DNA from: Lingula anatina
Taxonomy: Eukaryota > Animalia > Brachiopoda
Length of the DNA: 64,000 nucleotides
Reading direction: 5' to 3'
Assembly (NCBI GenBank): GCA_051362555.1
Contig: CM120643.1
Coordinates: 24,494,848-24,558,847 of the forward strand
Below are positions 60,886 to 64,000 of this stretch, one piece after another. Both the position numbers and the translations under genes were made by a program. The first letter of the stretch is position 1; the number at the start of each line of letters is the position of its first letter. Under the pieces are notes generated by a model, which was not told the DNA's origin, did not search any database, and was given only the letters and a program-made list of their open reading frames with translations.

Positions 60886-63800
60886 TGTAATACATTGAGG
60901 TGATACATCAATTGGTAACTTGGTATGATAAATTATTACATTTAATTGGGCTTGGCTGTAGAAGATCTAAGATTGGATCTGGACATACTGTAGAGGTCTC
61001 CGCTTTTCTGCCACCAGTGTACGGTTCTCTTACTTCGCTGCCACCAACAAAACAAGGTCTCTGTTTTGTAAACTTTATTTCTACGAATAACTCTCAACAC
61101 AAATGTACATGTTTCTGTATCTTTTACTAAACACTGTCTCTATTCTTGCTGTACTGCTGTACTTCTAATTTAAACAACTGCAACTCAGCTACAATAAACT
61201 AACTGGAACTATATTGTGAAACTGACTCAAACTAAGTTGTGAAACTAAGTCTGACACTATACTCTCACTGAGTACTGCCACTATACTCTACAGTAACTCT
61301 AACTGAACTCTAACTGGCCAACACTGCGAAGAGCAGCTGTATTTATACATTTCAAAAGTGGACGGCCTTGAATGGTTCACCGCTACTTTGACTGGCAGCC
61401 AGAGTAAAAGTGGACGGCCTTGAATGGTTGACCGCCAACCCCTCTACTGGACACCACAATCCCCTCTTTCGTAAACTGATACCACTTACAAGCCATTCCA
61501 ACTTAAGGTTCAAAGTTCAACAACACACTAGCCGAATGTAAACAAAAGGCTACAGCTTACTGTAGTAATTTTTCATGAATTAAAGCTATGTAAAATCGTT
61601 ACACTCTTCCCCCTAGGTCTGATCCCACCGGGGATCTGTCCCAGCAAAGTACAAAAATCAGTTAAAACTAAAAATATTCTGAAACATTTAAACAGTTAAA
61701 ATTCAGTCAGTTCATAAAGTTCATTCAATAGTTCAGTGTCACTTTGATTAAATAAAATTACTCTTAAGTTCAACATTGGGTTAATAATGATAATCATTTA
61801 AAGTTCATAGTCTGATTCATAATAATGTTCATTTTAAAAGTTCATTGTCACAGTCAATCAGCAAATCTCTTGGGAGGTCTTCTTTTCCTTTGTGGTCTTC
61901 CTTCATTTCTCAAATTACTGTCGGGTTGGTTCTTGGGTACTTGCACTTGTTTAGATTGGCCACTCTGCTTCATCCTGTGTTTGATGGCACTTCCCTCATG
62001 TTTCAGTGGACTGCCTTCTACATAATTACCTTTATGTAAACATTTCTGCAAACTGGACACCCAATCTGGAACTTGGTCACTTAAAAATGGTTTAAGACGG
62101 TCATGGTGCACGATCTTCATTTTACACTTAGGTTTGCCTTTCACTGCAAACAACAAATCACTGTGCTTTTTGACAACAACAAAAGGTCCTTGCCATATGT
62201 CACGTTTCAGCTTTGGGCTCAGTCCCACTGTTCTAGTGCTATCTAGTAAGTACACCAAGTCACCAACTTTATAGTTATTTTTCGAAATACGGGTGTCATG
62301 GTCTCTTTTCTGCCTTTGAAAGTCCTTTTTCAAATGCAATCTCACTATTTCATGAATTCTAGTCATTTTCTCTTGCAACATTTTGACATACTCTGAAGGA
62401 GACGTCACAGATCGGTCTTCTGGTGGTTTTCCAAAGATCAGTTCTGTAGCTGTGTGAACTTCTCTGCCTAACATAAGCAAATTAGGGGAATAACCAGTGC
62501 TTTCATGTTTACAGCACCTGTATGCTGCAGTCAATAAAGGCAAATGAATGTCCCAATCCCGTTGATCTTCTGACACATAAGCTGATATCATGTCACATAA
62601 CACAATATTGAATCTCTCCACCATTCCATTTCCTGAGGGATGATAGCTGGATGTTCGGGTTTTATTTATTTCTAATAGTTGACATACTTGTTTGAATAAC
62701 TGTGACTCATAGTTGCTACCTTGGTCTGAATGGAGATCAAGGGGTAGGCCAAATCTAGAGAAAAACTCTGTCACTAGCTTGTGTGCTACAGTTTTAGCTG
62801 ATATGTCAGGGATGGCATAGCACTCCACCCATTTGGAAAACTGGTCCATTGCTAAAAGAATATATTTATTGCCTCTTTCACTGACTGGAAAAGGTCCTAA
62901 GATGTCTGTTGCCACTCTGTCCATGGGAGCGCCTACAGCATATCTTATCAAAGGAGCCTTAGGTCTCGACCGTGGTCTTTTTCTCCCACCACAAATAGCA
63001 CATCTTCTTATGTAATCTCTTACACTTTCTTTCATCTTGTACCAGTAGAAGTGTCTTTTCAACTTGCTCACTGTTTTCTTGACGCCAAGGTGACCTGACG
63101 TGACTTTGTCATGCACGCCATTCATCACCTCGTTCCTCATCTCTCTCGGAACCAATATCTGTAAAAAGGAACCTGTCTTATCTAAAGTTTCCCATCTTTT
63201 ATATAAAATGCCCTCCTGCAGCTCAAGTTGGTCCCAAAGCAACCATAACTGTCGTACTGCAGGACTTTCTGCGGCCACTTTATCTCTTTCTGGTCTCTGT
63301 GATGACTGTTCCTTCCAGTACAGCACAGTCTTCAACTCAGGGTCTTTACACTGCAAATTAAACAATTCATTCACAGTGTAACTGCCCAGCCACTCGGCTG
63401 GAAGTCTATCTCTGTCACTCTCAGATTCACTGAGATCTGTATCTTCATCACCATGAGAAAAATCTTGATCCTTGAATGTCAAGTTTTCTCTAGGCAGCAC
63501 TTCCCTTTTCTTGGAAACTCTCATCCTTCGAAGAGAAAGTGCTCTAACTTCCTTAAAGATACACTTGAATTTCATGGTCACCCAGCTCAGGATTACAAAG
63601 AACAATGTCAGTAGGGTGTAAAGGCCTGTCAATAAAACTGAACAAGCTGCTGTATACACACGTTTTACTGGACATTTTCCTCGGTTTCCCGTTGCTTGAC
63701 CACTGCCACAGACTCCGTTGTCTGATTTTAGTTCTTTCTTTCGGTTTTCTGTCACTCGTCTGGTTACTAAAGGGACGACTTCTTCTTCCAGATATCTGGA

Positions 63801-64000
63801 CCATTGTTCATGTTTCTTCTTACACTGTACGCAACCCTCGCATGGCAATTTGCTTAAAATGGACTCCCCATCATAGCATGTACACTCATCTGGGTCGCAT
63901 GGAAATCTCGATATTGCATCTGCGTTACCGTGTCTGGCCCCTGCTCGGTGTTCTATTTTAAAATCAAACTGTGATAGCACTTCCAGCCATCTGGCCATCT
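60886..64000 (-). mobile_element. Ty3/Gypsy LTR retrotransposon, 3' part (continues beyond window)
   Basis: Integrase ORF; minus-strand PPT AGGGGGAAGAG at 61604-61614 followed by TGTAAC LTR start at 61603. The LTR end at ~60886 is inferred. Confidence 0.88.
61854..63998 (-). CDS. pol: Gypsy Pol C-terminal part (RNase H end, Cys-rich insert, integrase), 5'-partial
   Basis: ARWLEVLSQFDFKIEHRAG..HGNADAISR, HDKVTSGHLG...C-x2-C, DILGPFP, HSDQGSNYES, GNGMVERFN, WQGPF..V, VHHDRLK. Confidence 0.93.
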   Translation of the reverse strand: MARWLEVLSQFDFKIEHRAGARHGNADAISRFPCDPDECTCYDGESILSKLPCEGCVQCKKKHEQWSRYLEEEVVPLVTRRVTENRKKELKSDNGVCGSGQATGNRGKCPVKRVYTAACSVLLTGLYTLLTLFFVILSWVTMKFKCIFKEVRALSLRRMRVSKKREVLPRENLTFKDQDFSHGDEDTDLSESESDRDRLPAEWLGSYTVNELFNLQCKDPELKTVLYWKEQSSQRPERDKVAAESPAVRQLWLLWDQLELQEGILYKRWETLDKTGSFLQILVPREMRNEVMNGVHDKVTSGHLGVKKTVSKLKRHFYWYKMKESVRDYIRRCAICGGRKRPRSRPKAPLIRYAVGAPMDRVATDILGPFPVSERGNKYILLAMDQFSKWVECYAIPDISAKTVAHKLVTEFFSRFGLPLDLHSDQGSNYESQLFKQVCQLLEINKTRTSSYHPSGNGMVERFNIVLCDMISAYVSEDQRDWDIHLPLLTAAYRCCKHESTGYSPNLLMLGREVHTATELIFGKPPEDRSVTSPSEYVKMLQEKMTRIHEIVRLHLKKDFQRQKRDHDTRISKNNYKVGDLVYLLDSTRTVGLSPKLKRDIWQGPFVVVKKHSDLLFAVKGKPKCKMKIVHHDRLKPFLSDQVPDWVSSLQKCLHKGNYVEGSPLKHEGSAIKHRMKQSGQSKQVQVPKNQPDSNLRNEGRPQRKRRPPKRFAD

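Overview
AT-rich, intron-rich animal DNA, probably lophotrochozoan/molluscan (inferred from gene and repeat content). The left part has a head-to-head pair: dynein light chain roadblock (minus strand, last exon not seen in the window) and a complete 16-exon ITFG1/LINKIN gene (plus strand, 4493-22420). Most of the remainder is a minus-strand tandem array of one secreted protein family: signal peptide, coiled coil, KR|Q cleavage site, short Cys-preceded collagen segments, then a spongin short-chain collagen C4 / collagen IV NC1-related domain. Six copies retain the C-terminal domain (A-E, G), F is a truncated pseudogene, and one remnant is visible. Copy A is nested antisense in an ITFG1 intron. 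The C-terminal domain has a near-invariant scaffold with five to six short hypervariable patches, like a diversifying recognition protein (candidate defence-collagen family). Copies also differ in exon modules, Gly-X-Y number and splice sites. The array carries a very young Mag-type Gypsy element, a second Gypsy, a decayed LINE, one of two 3.6-kb Helentron/HINE-type elements (the other is in ITFG1) and many MITEs, several at or next to splice sites. Exon coordinates were read by eye and may be off by a base or two.
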